Shown: positions 25,072 through 36,102 of the stretch, in pieces | How positions within the stretch are numbered: position 1 is the first letter of the stretch | How the letters are laid out: each line of letters starts with the position of its first letter | Source: Marsupella aquatica | Taxonomy: Eukaryota > Plantae > Marchantiophyta | Assembly: GCA_973895155.1 (NCBI GenBank) | Contig: OZ316893.1 | Span: 12,354,359-12,418,358 of the forward strand | Length of the DNA: 64,000 nt | Reading direction: 5' to 3' | Made by a program: the position numbers and the translations under genes | Notes under the pieces: model-generated | What the model was told of the DNA's origin: nothing | The model's input: only the letters and a program-made list of their open reading frames with translations | The model's database searches: none

Positions 25072-25752
25072 ATGGCACGCCCTAAAATCCGAGCCAAGAA
25101 GCGGGGGACAGAGGTGAGCAACACAGGTGTAGTTGGGCCAGATGGTAGTAACTTCTCCGCAAGTCAGATTTTCCAGAAGGCAGCTCATTGTTGTGCCATT
25201 TGTGACGATGGTGGTGGCTTAGCCATATGTGAGGGCCCTTGCATGAGGCATTTCCACCTCAACCCGGAGTCTGACCTTGCTGCAGAAAACAACTGTCCAG
25301 GGGTGGGCCTCCCGTCAGCACACCAGGGAGGCTGGATGTGCACTGCTTGTTTGGAGAAGCAGGCTAAGTGTGCACAGTGTGGGAAGTTGGGGTCTTATGA
25401 GGGCTCTGTTGATGCTCCACCACTTGTTAGGAAATGCCCTGACAGATATTGTGTGAGGTTCTTTTGTTTTTCATGTTTGCCCGATCTTGCCACAGCTTGC
25501 CCACTTCATAAGTGCAAGGCATGTGGTCAGCACGATGAAGATTTCTGGGTGGACATAGTCCACTGTGTTAGGTGTCCCACCATGTGGCACTTTCATTGTT
25601 TGAAGGAGCGTCAAGCAGAAGGCTATGCTTGTGACAGACACATCTATCATCACTCTGCACATGGTGTTGATCGATGGATCTTCTATTGTCATCGCCATGC
25701 CATAGATCCTACTTTGCACACTCCCATGAGAGATCACATTTCTTGGCTTTGA
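25072..25752 (+). CDS. EDM2-like PHD-finger cassette protein (226 aa), CACTA cargo
   Basis: CAICDDGG..CEGPCMRHFH..C..CTAC..CAQCGKLGS..CPDRYCVRFF..CPLHKCKAC..CVRCPTMWHFHCL..IFYCHRHAIDPTLHTPMRDHISW parallels the recalled EDM2 PHD region (CAICDNGG..CEGSCLRSFH..CPLHKC..CRRCPKSYHRKCL..IYCQEHEIDEELLTPVRDHVKF). Basic N-terminal NLS-like RPKIRAKKR. Intronless and open. Confidence 0.85.
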   Translation: MARPKIRAKKRGTEVSNTGVVGPDGSNFSASQIFQKAAHCCAICDDGGGLAICEGPCMRHFHLNPESDLAAENNCPGVGLPSAHQGGWMCTACLEKQAKCAQCGKLGSYEGSVDAPPLVRKCPDRYCVRFFCFSCLPDLATACPLHKCKACGQHDEDFWVDIVHCVRCPTMWHFHCLKERQAEGYACDRHIYHHSAHGVDRWIFYCHRHAIDPTLHTPMRDHISWL

Positions 25753-26350
25753 ACCTGAATAATGTACATGCATAGTGCACCTGATGTGGATACCTTGGAG
25801 ATTGCAGACATTCCAATTTTGAGAAGAAGGACCTCTGTAGGAGAGGATGCTTAGGCAACAAGTACCCTAAGTTCATTACTTGTTCCTGGGTACATGCCTT
25901 CAAAAACTCCCCTTAAGCCTTCTAGGAACTTTTTTAACTCTGCAATCATTTTGATCACGACTTACATGACACTGCTTAAATTAAATCAGGACTTCTCATT
26001 ATGAGCATATAAGTTACAAGGCTATTTAATTTGCGAGAATTCCCTTAAAGTGTACCAACATTTTCTATTCTCATTGAATGTCTGCCCATTTACAACATCT
26101 GTATGTGGCATCACAAAACAATTGCACTTGTCACCTTCAATATTGTCAAGGCACATATTCAAACTATGAGGTGCATGCTTGCAGGTGTCTAGTACGTTTG
26201 TCCCAATATTTCTCCCGTTTGGAATCGGAGCAGAGACTCACCAGACGACTGGACTGGACCAAGTTATAAACGCAGCATTTTAAGGGCCCTCCGATTATCA
26301 GGTGAACGCATTATCTTCCGGTCTACAGTGATTAGGTGGCCCGTGTGTAC

Positions 26351-27142
26351 ATGGCCTCTAGGAAACGTACAAAGGTTGACCACCCGCCTCTGTTGGCTGG
26401 AATCAAAGCCATTTTGATTCCTGGCCACTATGGGTTCACCCAAGTGAGTTGGCCAATCGTACAAAAACGATTCTCAGAGTTCCATGGGACTGAAGTCAAG
26501 GACATCACTCCACAGACTACACATGTTGTTGCGGGGACATGGCTGGATGTGATGAACAACTGGTCATGGTCCTTCATTGATTCTGCCATTACCAACCAAG
26601 GTCTAAAAGTAGTTGAAGTCTCTTGGCTGACCGATTCTGTTAAACATAGGTGTGTACAGAGTACTGAGCAATATGAGTTGTGGGAGAGTGAGGAGGCCAC
26701 TGCAGAGGCTTTGGCTGAAAAGGAAGCCTATGAAGCAGCGGCAGAGAAACCCAACTTTGCTTCTGTCCAATATGGACCTGTTGTCAACATAGGACACCAT
26801 CCTATGCGTGCAGATGCTATATTGAATGAGCATGGCAAGGAGAGAAATACCATTATGAAGGGGTTCAGTGTGGTATTTGCAGAAGAAGGAATTGGGGAGA
26901 CTAAGTGCAGATTGTACAAGTCTATAGTTGTTGAGCTAGGTGGGACAGTGGAGGAGAGTCTAACAGAAACCTCCACTCATGTTGTAGGTCTGTCATACAT
27001 GAAAATATGCAGAAATTTCTTTAAGACAACAGTGCGTGATTTTGTCATGAACAACAATCTTTGGGTGCTTTCCCCTGATTGGCTTCTGGAATCAACAGCT
27101 AGAGGGAAGCGACAGAATGCTTGGGACTTTGATATTTTTTAG
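26351..27142 (+). CDS. Tandem BRCT-domain protein (263 aa), DNA polymerase lambda-type BRCT-like, CACTA cargo
   Basis: Two repeats with BRCT hallmarks: LLAGIKAIL..HGTEVKDITPQTTHVVA..KVVEVSWLTDSVKH..EQYEL and MKGFSVVF..LGGTVEESLTETSTHVVG..VLSPDWLLESTARGKRQNAWDF. N-terminal RKRTK NLS-like motif. First ATG is at 26351. Confidence 0.85.
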   Translation: MASRKRTKVDHPPLLAGIKAILIPGHYGFTQVSWPIVQKRFSEFHGTEVKDITPQTTHVVAGTWLDVMNNWSWSFIDSAITNQGLKVVEVSWLTDSVKHRCVQSTEQYELWESEEATAEALAEKEAYEAAAEKPNFASVQYGPVVNIGHHPMRADAILNEHGKERNTIMKGFSVVFAEEGIGETKCRLYKSIVVELGGTVEESLTETSTHVVGLSYMKICRNFFKTTVRDFVMNNNLWVLSPDWLLESTARGKRQNAWDFDIF

Positions 27143-27439
27143 GCCTGGCCCTCCAAGATTCAGCGGAGATGTATGCTTAGCAAAGGTGGGAGAGAGTGAG
27201 GAGTAGGAGTCCCTCATATTTTTGTATAAATCACAATTTTGTAATAAATGTGATCCTTGAACTAACTCATCTTGTCATGGTTGGTCGCAGTTGAAGTGAT
27301 TGTTGTTTCCTGCTGCGTGGGGTGTGACTGTGAATCTACTTGCTGGGCTCTGTTTGGCTGAAGACTTTGGTGGGTATGCTGCCTCTTCCAGACCGTCAAG
27401 CCCTATGTAGGGTACGTCCTCCTACGGGTTGCATCGTGC

Positions 27440-27913
27440 ATGGCTACTGCTTGGGCTTACTTGTGTGGATTGGTAACCAGACAGAGTGTAGCTCCATCCG
27501 AGATAATGCCTGCAGACCTTGGATGTGTTGTGAATGCTGTGGTGAATGAGGATGCACAGTCGGAAGAGGATATTTACTTTTCAGCAGATGAGTTAGACAA
27601 GCACGATGCTGTAGGTGGTTCCTTGTTGCCTGATTTGGCAGATGATATAGTTCTTGCACATGTCTGGCCGAGGGTTCTTGTGGTGTCTGGCGCACAAGAT
27701 ATCTGCAAATATAGACTAATTAGTACCCAGTGGAGGGACTTGGTAGCAACATGTGCACCATGGAGGGCACTGCTGCCACTGCTTGTAGGCACGGATCGAA
27801 GACCACCATGGCATGAGCAGGGTTTAGACCTTGATGACTTAATGTACATGCCTGAGTACCTCAGGGCTGAGTGGCATCGACAACAGGATTGGTATCCGTA
27901 TTTGATGTGGTAG
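27440..27913 (+). CDS. F-box-only mini-protein (157 aa), CACTA cargo
   Basis: SLLPDLADDIVLAHVWPRV...ICKYRLISTQWRDLV matches the F-box pattern LPxLPDDI...RxVSxxWRxL. No kelch or LRR substrate domain follows. Confidence 0.65.
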   Translation: MATAWAYLCGLVTRQSVAPSEIMPADLGCVVNAVVNEDAQSEEDIYFSADELDKHDAVGGSLLPDLADDIVLAHVWPRVLVVSGAQDICKYRLISTQWRDLVATCAPWRALLPLLVGTDRRPPWHEQGLDLDDLMYMPEYLRAEWHRQQDWYPYLMW

Positions 27914-28240
27914 TAAGATGAGGACATCTCACACCGGTCTCGCACCTGGCACCTGTGTCTATGACTATACATGATTGGACTCTGATATGGTCATGGATGT
28001 ACGTGCAGAGGCAGTACATGTGAGGACAGCGGAGGAGTTGACACCCTCAAACATTTAGGAATTTTGTCTCATTCACTTGAGAATAGGTACATGACTCAGG
28101 CACCTATATTTTTTGTTTTTTTTGTTTTTTTGGAACGTTACGTATTTTGGCAAGTACAGTCAGGGGTGAAATCCTTAACAGGAAGTGTATTTTTCACTTG
28201 CATAATAAAATGACAGGGTGCTGAGTGCGTGTGTATAGTG

Positions 28241-31200
28241 ATGGCTCCAAGGTTGCCTCTTCACAACCCATTTAGGATTAGGCATCATGATTCTAAATTG
28301 TGGATGCGTGAACAAGCCCGGGCCGCCCAAGGTAGGAGTAGGAGGATGAGATGCCCATGCACACAGTGCCAAGGATTCAAGTCGTTGAGTTTGAACACTG
28401 TGCACCTTCACCTGCTGCGGCATGAAAGGCACCCTCGGTGGAGGGTTTGGAATGTACCAGCAGAAGAAGACTCCTCTGATGAAGAGTGGAGAGCTGACTT
28501 TGTGGATTCTAATACAGCTAGGCGTAGAGACTATGTAGAGCAGGACATAGACTGTGCAGAGGATGGTCCTGGGGTCCAACATGAGAACGTGGATGACCAA
28601 GATGGAGATGGAGAGGCAGTCACTGAGGACGGTGGGATGGATGTCCCAAGAATGGTTCAAGAGATTTTTGAAGACCTTGATGCTTTTTACGACACAGTGG
28701 AATCAGAAGAGGACAATGAACCGCAGCCACACATTGGCGACGGCCAAGCTGAACCTGACTTTGACATTGGGGAAGGTGCAGCAGAGAGGGAGTGGGTGTT
28801 TGGGGGCCCAAAACACATCAAAGAAGCTTGCATTCCTATCTACGAGGGGTCGAACTGCTCCAAGCTGGGTTTTGTCGTGTTGTTGTTGAACATCTGTGGC
28901 AATCACAATGTTCCCAATATATTTGTGACAGAGTTGTTGACCTTCCTGCGCCGAAATGTGTTACCAGATGGTAATTCAATTCCAAAAAATATGTACGAGG
29001 CTAGGAAATTGATGTCTAACCTTGGGCTGAACTATGTGTCTATTGACGCATGCCCTGATGGGTGTGTTCTCTTTCGCAAAGAGCATGCAGATAAATTGAC
29101 ATGCCCTCATTGTGGTAAGCACAGGTACAAGAATGTAGGGAAATGTACACACCCTGCCAAGGTTCTTCGTCATTTTCCTCTCATTCCTAGACTACAACGT
29201 CTGTTTAGATGCCCTGCCATTTCCAAGCTGATGACATGGACTCCTGATAACAAGAGCAGTGATGGCCTGCAGCGTCACATTGGAGATTCCAACCATTGGA
29301 AATTTGTTGATGAGAGGTGGCCACAGTTTGCTGCAGAGAAGCGGAACTTTAGATTTGGTCTATCACTGGATGGAGTAAACCCATTTGGAGACAAAAACAA
29401 CCGTTATTCATGTTGGCCGGTTACGCTGCTAAATTACAACCTTCCCCCATGGATGACTACAAAGAGGTTTTTTGTCATGATGGTGCTGTTAATCCCTGGA
29501 CCAGCTTCTGTGACCGAGCAATTCATAGATATCATGTTGGCTCCAGCAGTGGAAGAGTGGAAGACTTTGTGGATAGAAGGGGTGTTAACCCATGATGTTC
29601 TGAAGGGGCTTCTTCGACCCAGCCCCTTTAGACTGCATGCAATTTGTTTGCTGGATATAGCAGATTACCCAGGCCATGGCATCATATCTGGACGAGTGAC
29701 AAAGGGCTATGTGGGGTGCACACCATGTGGGAAAAATGTGACAAGTGAGTGGTCGCATGCCCTGCACAGTATGAAATTTCAGGGGCATAGAAGGTATCTG
29801 CCTGTTGATCATCCTTACAGGCACACACGGTCTCAAATTGCACACTTCAACAACAAAACAGAGCTTCGTGGCCCACCACAGAGGGTCACCAGAGAGCAAG
29901 TCCTGAGGTGGGCAGCCAGGAAGGCTGATTGGGACAAGAGAAGTGCCACTGATCGAGAACCTGAGGATCCAGTGGTGAAACACGGTGTGAAAAGACAGAC
30001 CTTGATGGACTTGGAGTTGGAGTACTGGAGGGTAATGTACTTAGCCTCCAGCCCCTGTATGATTGCAATTTTAGATTGGAGCAATGGTGGATTGATGTTG
30101 GTTACAATCCTCCTATGTGGTTAATTAGTGTTTCTGTTGTTGAATTCTTTGCTTTGTGGAGTGCAGGAATTCGAGCCCAGCAAACACAATATGGACGTCA
30201 TGCACATTGAGAAAAATATTTGTGAGAGCTTGCTGAAGTTCTTGTCGGGTGAGAAAGATACAGGAGCAGTTCGAGCTGATATGCAACAGAAGGGGATTCG
30301 CCCTCACCTTTGGTTGAAGCCCCATGCAAGCAATCCCAATGTACTTCTCAAGTTCCAAGCTCCCTATGTGTGCACACAGGATGAATGGAAGACATTCTTG
30401 TATAGATTGAGCTGTCTGAAAGTGCCCTCTGGCTATGCTGGTGCCTTCAAGAAGCATATTACAAAGAATAAACTTGGCAGTATGAAAACACATGACTACC
30501 ATGTGTTGATGCAGCACATTCTGCCCCTATGCCTCAGAGGTCTCATGCAGAAACCAGTCCGTAATGTCATTCTTCGACTGTGCAATGTATTTCGCCGTAT
30601 ATGTGTGAAAGTGTGGGATCCCCAAGGATTGGAGCAGTTGAAGCAGGATGCTGCTTATGTCCTCTGTGACTTGGAGATATACTTCCCCCCTGCTTTCTTT
30701 GATGTTATGACTCATCTCCTAATCCATGTGGTAGAAGAGCTAGGGCAGTATGGGCCAGTCAGTACCAGATGGATGTACCCTATGGAGCGATACATGAAGT
30801 TGTTGAAAGGTCATGTGAGAACATACTACAGGCCAGAGGCTTCCATGGCATTGGGGTACATTAAGGATGAGACGTTGGGATTCCTAACAGAGTACATGGC
30901 TGGGTCTGGTGAAGCTATGACAAGAGTTTGGAAATCTGGTGAAGATGATGGAGTGAGTGGCGAGGTTGTTGAAGGTGTGGGACGTGCTGTTCAACTGCCT
31001 GTTGCGATTCGAGACAAGGCTCATTCATATGTGCTGGCAAACACAGAGCCTATGCAACCATGGTGGAGGTGAGTGATTGAATTGACTTGCCTTTGTTGTG
31101 ATGCTTCTTGTCTGTTCCAAGGGTGATCTTAGGTTGTCATGTGTTGTTTAGACTAACTATGCCTGTACCTCATATTGCAGAGAATATGATATGCAAAAAG

Positions 31201-31940
31201 CTGCACACTCTGGGCAGCAGGATCCCTTCCCACAGTTCGAGCAGTGGATTCGGGTGACAATTCGAGAGCATAGTAGACATCACCCAGATATGGAGAAGGA
31301 TTTGTATCTTCTATCTGTGCCACCACGATTGTCTATTCTGACCTACAAACGGATGAGAGCTTATGGAAATCATTATCGAGTGAGGGATGAGCAGGGTGAC
31401 CATTGTGTATCATATGATTGTGGTTTGATTTCTGTGTTTGAGCAGAGAACCTCTGAAGAACAGAGGGGGTGGATGAAGATGGGTTACGTGGGGGAGTTGA
31501 CCGACATTTGGGTGTTGAATTATGGTAACACAAGTGTCCCAGTGATATTGATGAAGGGATCATGGATGAAATCAGAGTGGCAGAGACCAAGGGTCACCAT
31601 GAAGCGTGATCATGATGGGTTCTTGTTGGCCAATTTTAGGTCCAGAGTACCAGAATGGTCTGAGCCTTTTGTTTTCCCTAGCCAAGTTGAACAGGCTTTC
31701 TTTGCAGATGTGGAGGAGTCACATGGCTGGAGGGTGGTATGCCATAGCCAAGCACGGAACAGGCGGATGGATGGAAGTAAAGTAGAGTTCAGTTTGGATG
31801 ACCATGCTGCATTCGAGCATCCTAGTCATGAGACTGTACTTCCAACTCGGGCAGGGACTGACTACATCCCCTTAACATTGAGAGAGACATATGATGAACC
31901 TGGGCAAATGGAATATGATGAGGTTGATGATTTGCAATAG
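28241..31940 (+). CDS. CACTA TnpD/Tnp2-type transposase; exons 28241-30031, 30167-31068, 31181-31940; ~1150 aa, apparently intact
   Basis: Motifs CPCTQC (transposase-associated), IDACPDGCVLF, RHFPLIPRLQRLF, LSLDGVNPF, NYNLPPW, DYPG, DVMHIEKN, KTHDYH, FPPAFFDVMTHL and RWMYPMERY, with a DUF4216-like C-terminus (EPFVFPSQVEQAFF). GT-AG introns keep the frame. Confidence 0.93.
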
Positions 31941-32117
31941 GCAACAGCTGGCGATTGGCAAGTATGAGGTTGAGGATGACTACCTGCACAGAGTCACAGA
32001 ACGGGAATTGTTGCCTGGAATGATGTTTAGGATAGTTGGATATGCATGAAATTGATTGATACTTTGAATTTAGTGTGCTGATTCTCCCTGTTTGGTTGTG
32101 GGTGCTGTGCAGAAGCT

Positions 32118-35100
32118 ATGGGGGAAGAGGGTGATGACATGGAGACAGACATGGGGCTTGGAGAGTGGGGTGAAGAGGAAAGATTGGATATGGATGGAGA
32201 CCCAGGTGTAGGGGGCTCACAGAAAAATGCACCTGTGCAAGATGCACAGGGCCCTCATCAAGTCCCAGGTAGGTGGGCAGCTAGAGAGAAATAACATAAT
32301 CCATACCCTAGAAGGAGCCAGAGTTATTGGCAAGGGACGCCTGATAATTATGATGATGACTATGATGGAGCAGAAGATGGATGGGATGAATATGAACACC
32401 CAGAGCGTGGTAGAGACGGGTACAGAGGGCAATGGAAAGGTGAGGAGGATGATTGGACAAGTAAGTGCCTTGTGCTAGTGATTTTGTGATGGTAGTAGAG
32501 ATTTAGCTCAATATGCACTTATCTGATGTGTAGCTAGGGCAAAGAGTTTATCTTACAGGTCCATGAGTGTGGCATGTACCTGTTGGTATGCAGACTCTGA
32601 TTGGGACAATCACGAAAACAACAAAGGCCATCCACGTTCAGATAGGAGGCAATCATTCACAGGCGGGAGAAACGCCCCTAATTCATCAAGACAAAGCAAT
32701 AGGACAGGTGGTCCAGAACCATCTATGCGCCAAGGGAGAGGTAACTTGGTCATTGCAGAATTGCTCTGAAGTCCACTGTATATTTGGCAGCGGGATTTAT
32801 GATTCATACTTACCTAATGTAAGTGACTGTAAATGGATCCTGTAAATGTGCAGGGACTCCAGGGAGGTTTGGACAATGCAATCCAGGCCGTGGGGGGAGA
32901 TCAGGCCGTGGAGGGACCCCAGGCCGTGGGGGGACACCAGGCCGTGGAGGGACACCTAGTAGCGCTTCAGGGAGTACCAGGGCAGGAGACAGTAACAAAT
33001 TTGGTAAAGTAGAAGTGAATTCCGAAGGTTGGATAACTCCCACATGTGATGGTAAGAACCGTTGGCATTCTGACCTAAGAGGAGAAGTATTGCGTTGGTT
33101 AGATTTGAGCATTACAGAGTTTAGGAGTTAGAATAAAGCTGATTGGGCTGCTATCTGCAAGGACATTCTTGAACGGTGGGAGTATGTTGGTAATGATGGT
33201 AAGGGCCCAGTTGAAGATTGCATATCAGATTATGCAATGAGGATTTTGAAACAAGAGAGGCATAGGTTGAAAAGGATGTGGATAGACAATGGTTCTAACA
33301 GGAGAATGCCACCACCCCCATCATTGGAACTGGATCAATGGACACGGTTAATCAAAGGGTTCATGTCGGAGGCTGGACAGAGCAAGAGTGAACTGATGTC
33401 AAATGCTCGAGGCAAAGTGAAACACCTTTCACAGGCTGGGAGAGGAAGTTATGCTCCAGTGAAAGAACAATTGGTAAGGCAGTGACATGCCTGATAGTAA
33501 GCCTCAAACTTATCATCTTGCTACCATTGACAATCAACACTTGGTTTCATTCATATGTATGTTGATGTGGACTGCAGAAGAAATTGACAGGTGAAGAACC
33601 ATCAGCACAAGAAGTGAGAGAGGAGTTCATGAAACAAAGGAGTGAGGTGACAAGTGTAACTTCCAAACAGGTGATTATGTTGTAATTCTGTATGTTCTGT
33701 GACTATTTGGCCTTGAGCATCAGAAAGAAATGTAGTAGGAAGTAAGCAACCAGTTCTTGGGGACAGTTATCTGAGATATGTAAGCTGTGTTATGACAGGG
33801 AACTGTTACAACTCTCACAGAGATGTGTGAACGGTTGAAGTCATTAGAGTGTGGACTCCCTCAAGTGGAAAGTAAATTGGCTGATCGTTTGGATATTGTG
33901 GAGGCATCTGTAGCGAACCTTCTTGCATCAGTGGAATCTAATTTCAAGCTTGTGATTGAAAAATTGGGTGGTTCCCAACCAAACAATGAGGGCAACATTG
34001 TACAAAGTGTGCCCTTGTTAACAAAAAAAGGAATTGGCAAATCTGACACAGGTATGGAAATGACACCGGCCCATTGTTCATTGTGTCCTATGTTCAAATG
34101 TTAGAAGTAAGTTTTCATGAATTGAGTGAATGGTTTGAATGCAGGAAGAGTGGAGGCAGAGAAGGACCCTGTAATCAGTAAGCAGAAGGGCAAGAAGGTT
34201 GCTGAGACAGGTAACCTGCTATGATCCAGTACATTACATTTGAAAAGTGCATGGAGTTTTGTGAAGCTTAAGCCGGTTGGAGGTAATCTTTTCTGTAAGA
34301 ACTGGTTGGATGAACTGGGATCTGAAGTGACATCATGATTGATGTATCAGGTGATTCAAAGAGCAATAATGAAGAAGATGTGCCCAGTGCCTCAGTGACC
34401 ATAGCCAAGGAGGTATCAGGTAAGCTGATGCTTTAAATTCCTCTATATGAATGTTGAGCAACAATTCAGTGGTTAATAGATTCAACGTGAATATTGTGGT
34501 GTGTTTATTGATCAACAGAAGCAGACATGGAGCATATGGCAATGGCAAAGAAGGGGAAGAAGGCTGTTCATAATGGTAAGGAGATAGTGACAACTTTGTG
34601 GTTGGTGACATGTACATTTAGCACATGTGATGAGTGATTCACTTATGTTGGACATGACACTGAATTGTAGTTGATGCAGAGTTGACAGACTCTCAACCAA
34701 GTGGGAGCAGGGTGAAGCGACGTCGAAACTTGGGAGCAACATTGGATGCAAGTAAGATTGTAGATGCTTCAATTGAAGCAAGTACAATGTTGGCAGATAC
34801 TGAGATGATGTCGCAGGGAAATCCTGCTACACAATCAGAAGTGTCAAATATGGATGCAGATTCTTTGAAGAAGAGTGTAGCCAATTCTCGATCACCAGCA
34901 CAAAACACTCGTGCCAAAGTCATGACTCGCAACCAAGGTATGAATAATGTCATGTATAAGCCACCCAGGAAAGCCAAGAAAAACAGCCAGGGTAAGGTGG
35001 AGGTGATAGCCATAGCAGAGCCAGTCCATAATCTTCTATCATGGGAGGATGACTCGCAGGTATGTGTGGGTACAGGCATTTTGCGACCGGATCATGCAAA

Positions 35101-35275
35101 ATTCCATGGCAAAGTGGTCCCGGATGACCATGTAGTAGTGTTGTTGACTACAGTGATTGTATCTGATTGTAATTTGCTATTTCCGAATAGAGACGATGAT
35201 CCACCTCAGGAAATAATTGCAGATGCAGTAGGATCTCTTGTGCTCTGGCCATCAGAGTGTGTTAGTCTGCAGTGA
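32118..35275 (+). pseudogene. CACTA TnpA/Ptta-like multi-exon gene with premature stops
   Basis: The ATG at 32118 follows a CAG acceptor. Many short GT-AG exons. Ptta-like WTRLIKGFMSEAGQSKSELMSNARGKVKHLSQAGRGSY and C-terminal FHGKVVPDDHVVV...DAVGSLVLWP. In-frame stops TAA (~32292) and TAG (33129-33131). Internal exon boundaries are not fully resolved. Confidence 0.75.
32884..32957 (+). repeat. 18-bp coding minisatellite x4 encoding (P/S)GRGG(R/T)
   Basis: CAGGCCGTGG(G/A)GGGA.. repeated four times in the TnpA-like exon. Confidence 0.85.
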
Positions 35276-36102
35276 TTGAATGCAAGTGTAGATAGAATCA
35301 TGTGAATTGTGTCACATTTTGACATTGCCTTGGAAAGATCCAAGAAATATCTGTACCAATTTTTCCATTTGGTAAAGAGGATGAAGGAGCCGTTGTGTGT
35401 GACATTGATATTTCTGAATTCTGTATGTATGAAACAATTGATTGATGTCAAACTATGGCTCTATGGTGATTGTCTATGATACTTGAATCTGTTTTGTATC
35501 ATTTCAGTATTAGTGTGTATGGTATAGAGGAATACTTTGTGACCTTCTTTGTAGTCTATGAAGTTTGAATCTGTGAATTCATATTAGTGTACATGGTATA
35601 GAAGATGGCTTTCTGAAACTATGTATTCTAATGTTAACATGATGAATGGTGAACTTATAGAGTGAGTTCATTCAAGTACACAATAAAACATGAATGCAAT
35701 ATGTTATTTGTGCACAAGAGTGGGTTCATTCCAAGTAGTATAGTGGGGTCTTCATCACTCATATCCAGTTGACATGAAAGACTTATACATACCCCACAAA
35801 GTATATTTAAAGACTACCCTCCATAACCTTTTTAGTCGTTCCCAACGACTCACCATCTCAGCCCATAAAAGACTGAAAACGACTCACCAAAGCTACCCAC
35901 ACAAAGACTAAAATAGACTGAAAATCCAGTCTATTAAACGACTTATAAACCAGTTCTATAAAGGACTCAGTTGATTATAGTAACAAAACATACGACTCGC
36001 AGTCCTATAAAGGACTGGAGTCCTTCCCAGTCGTTTCCAAGTCCTATACGGTACTGAATAGTCGTTTAATGGGGTCTAAATACCCCCCAGTTTCTACTAG
36101 TG

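Larger units (their letters stand above)
19751..36102 (+). mobile_element. CACTA (CMC-EnSpm) DNA transposon, 16,352 bp, with cargo ORFs
   Basis: TIRs CACTAGTAGAAAC (19751-19763) and GTTTCTACTAGTG (36090-36102), extending imperfectly to ~30 bp. 3-bp TSD TAA (19748-19750 and 36103-36105). AAAGACT/AAAGGACT subterminal repeats at both ends. Removing the element restores the Copia frame YGQWVDL-SQLQEDD. Confidence 0.97.
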
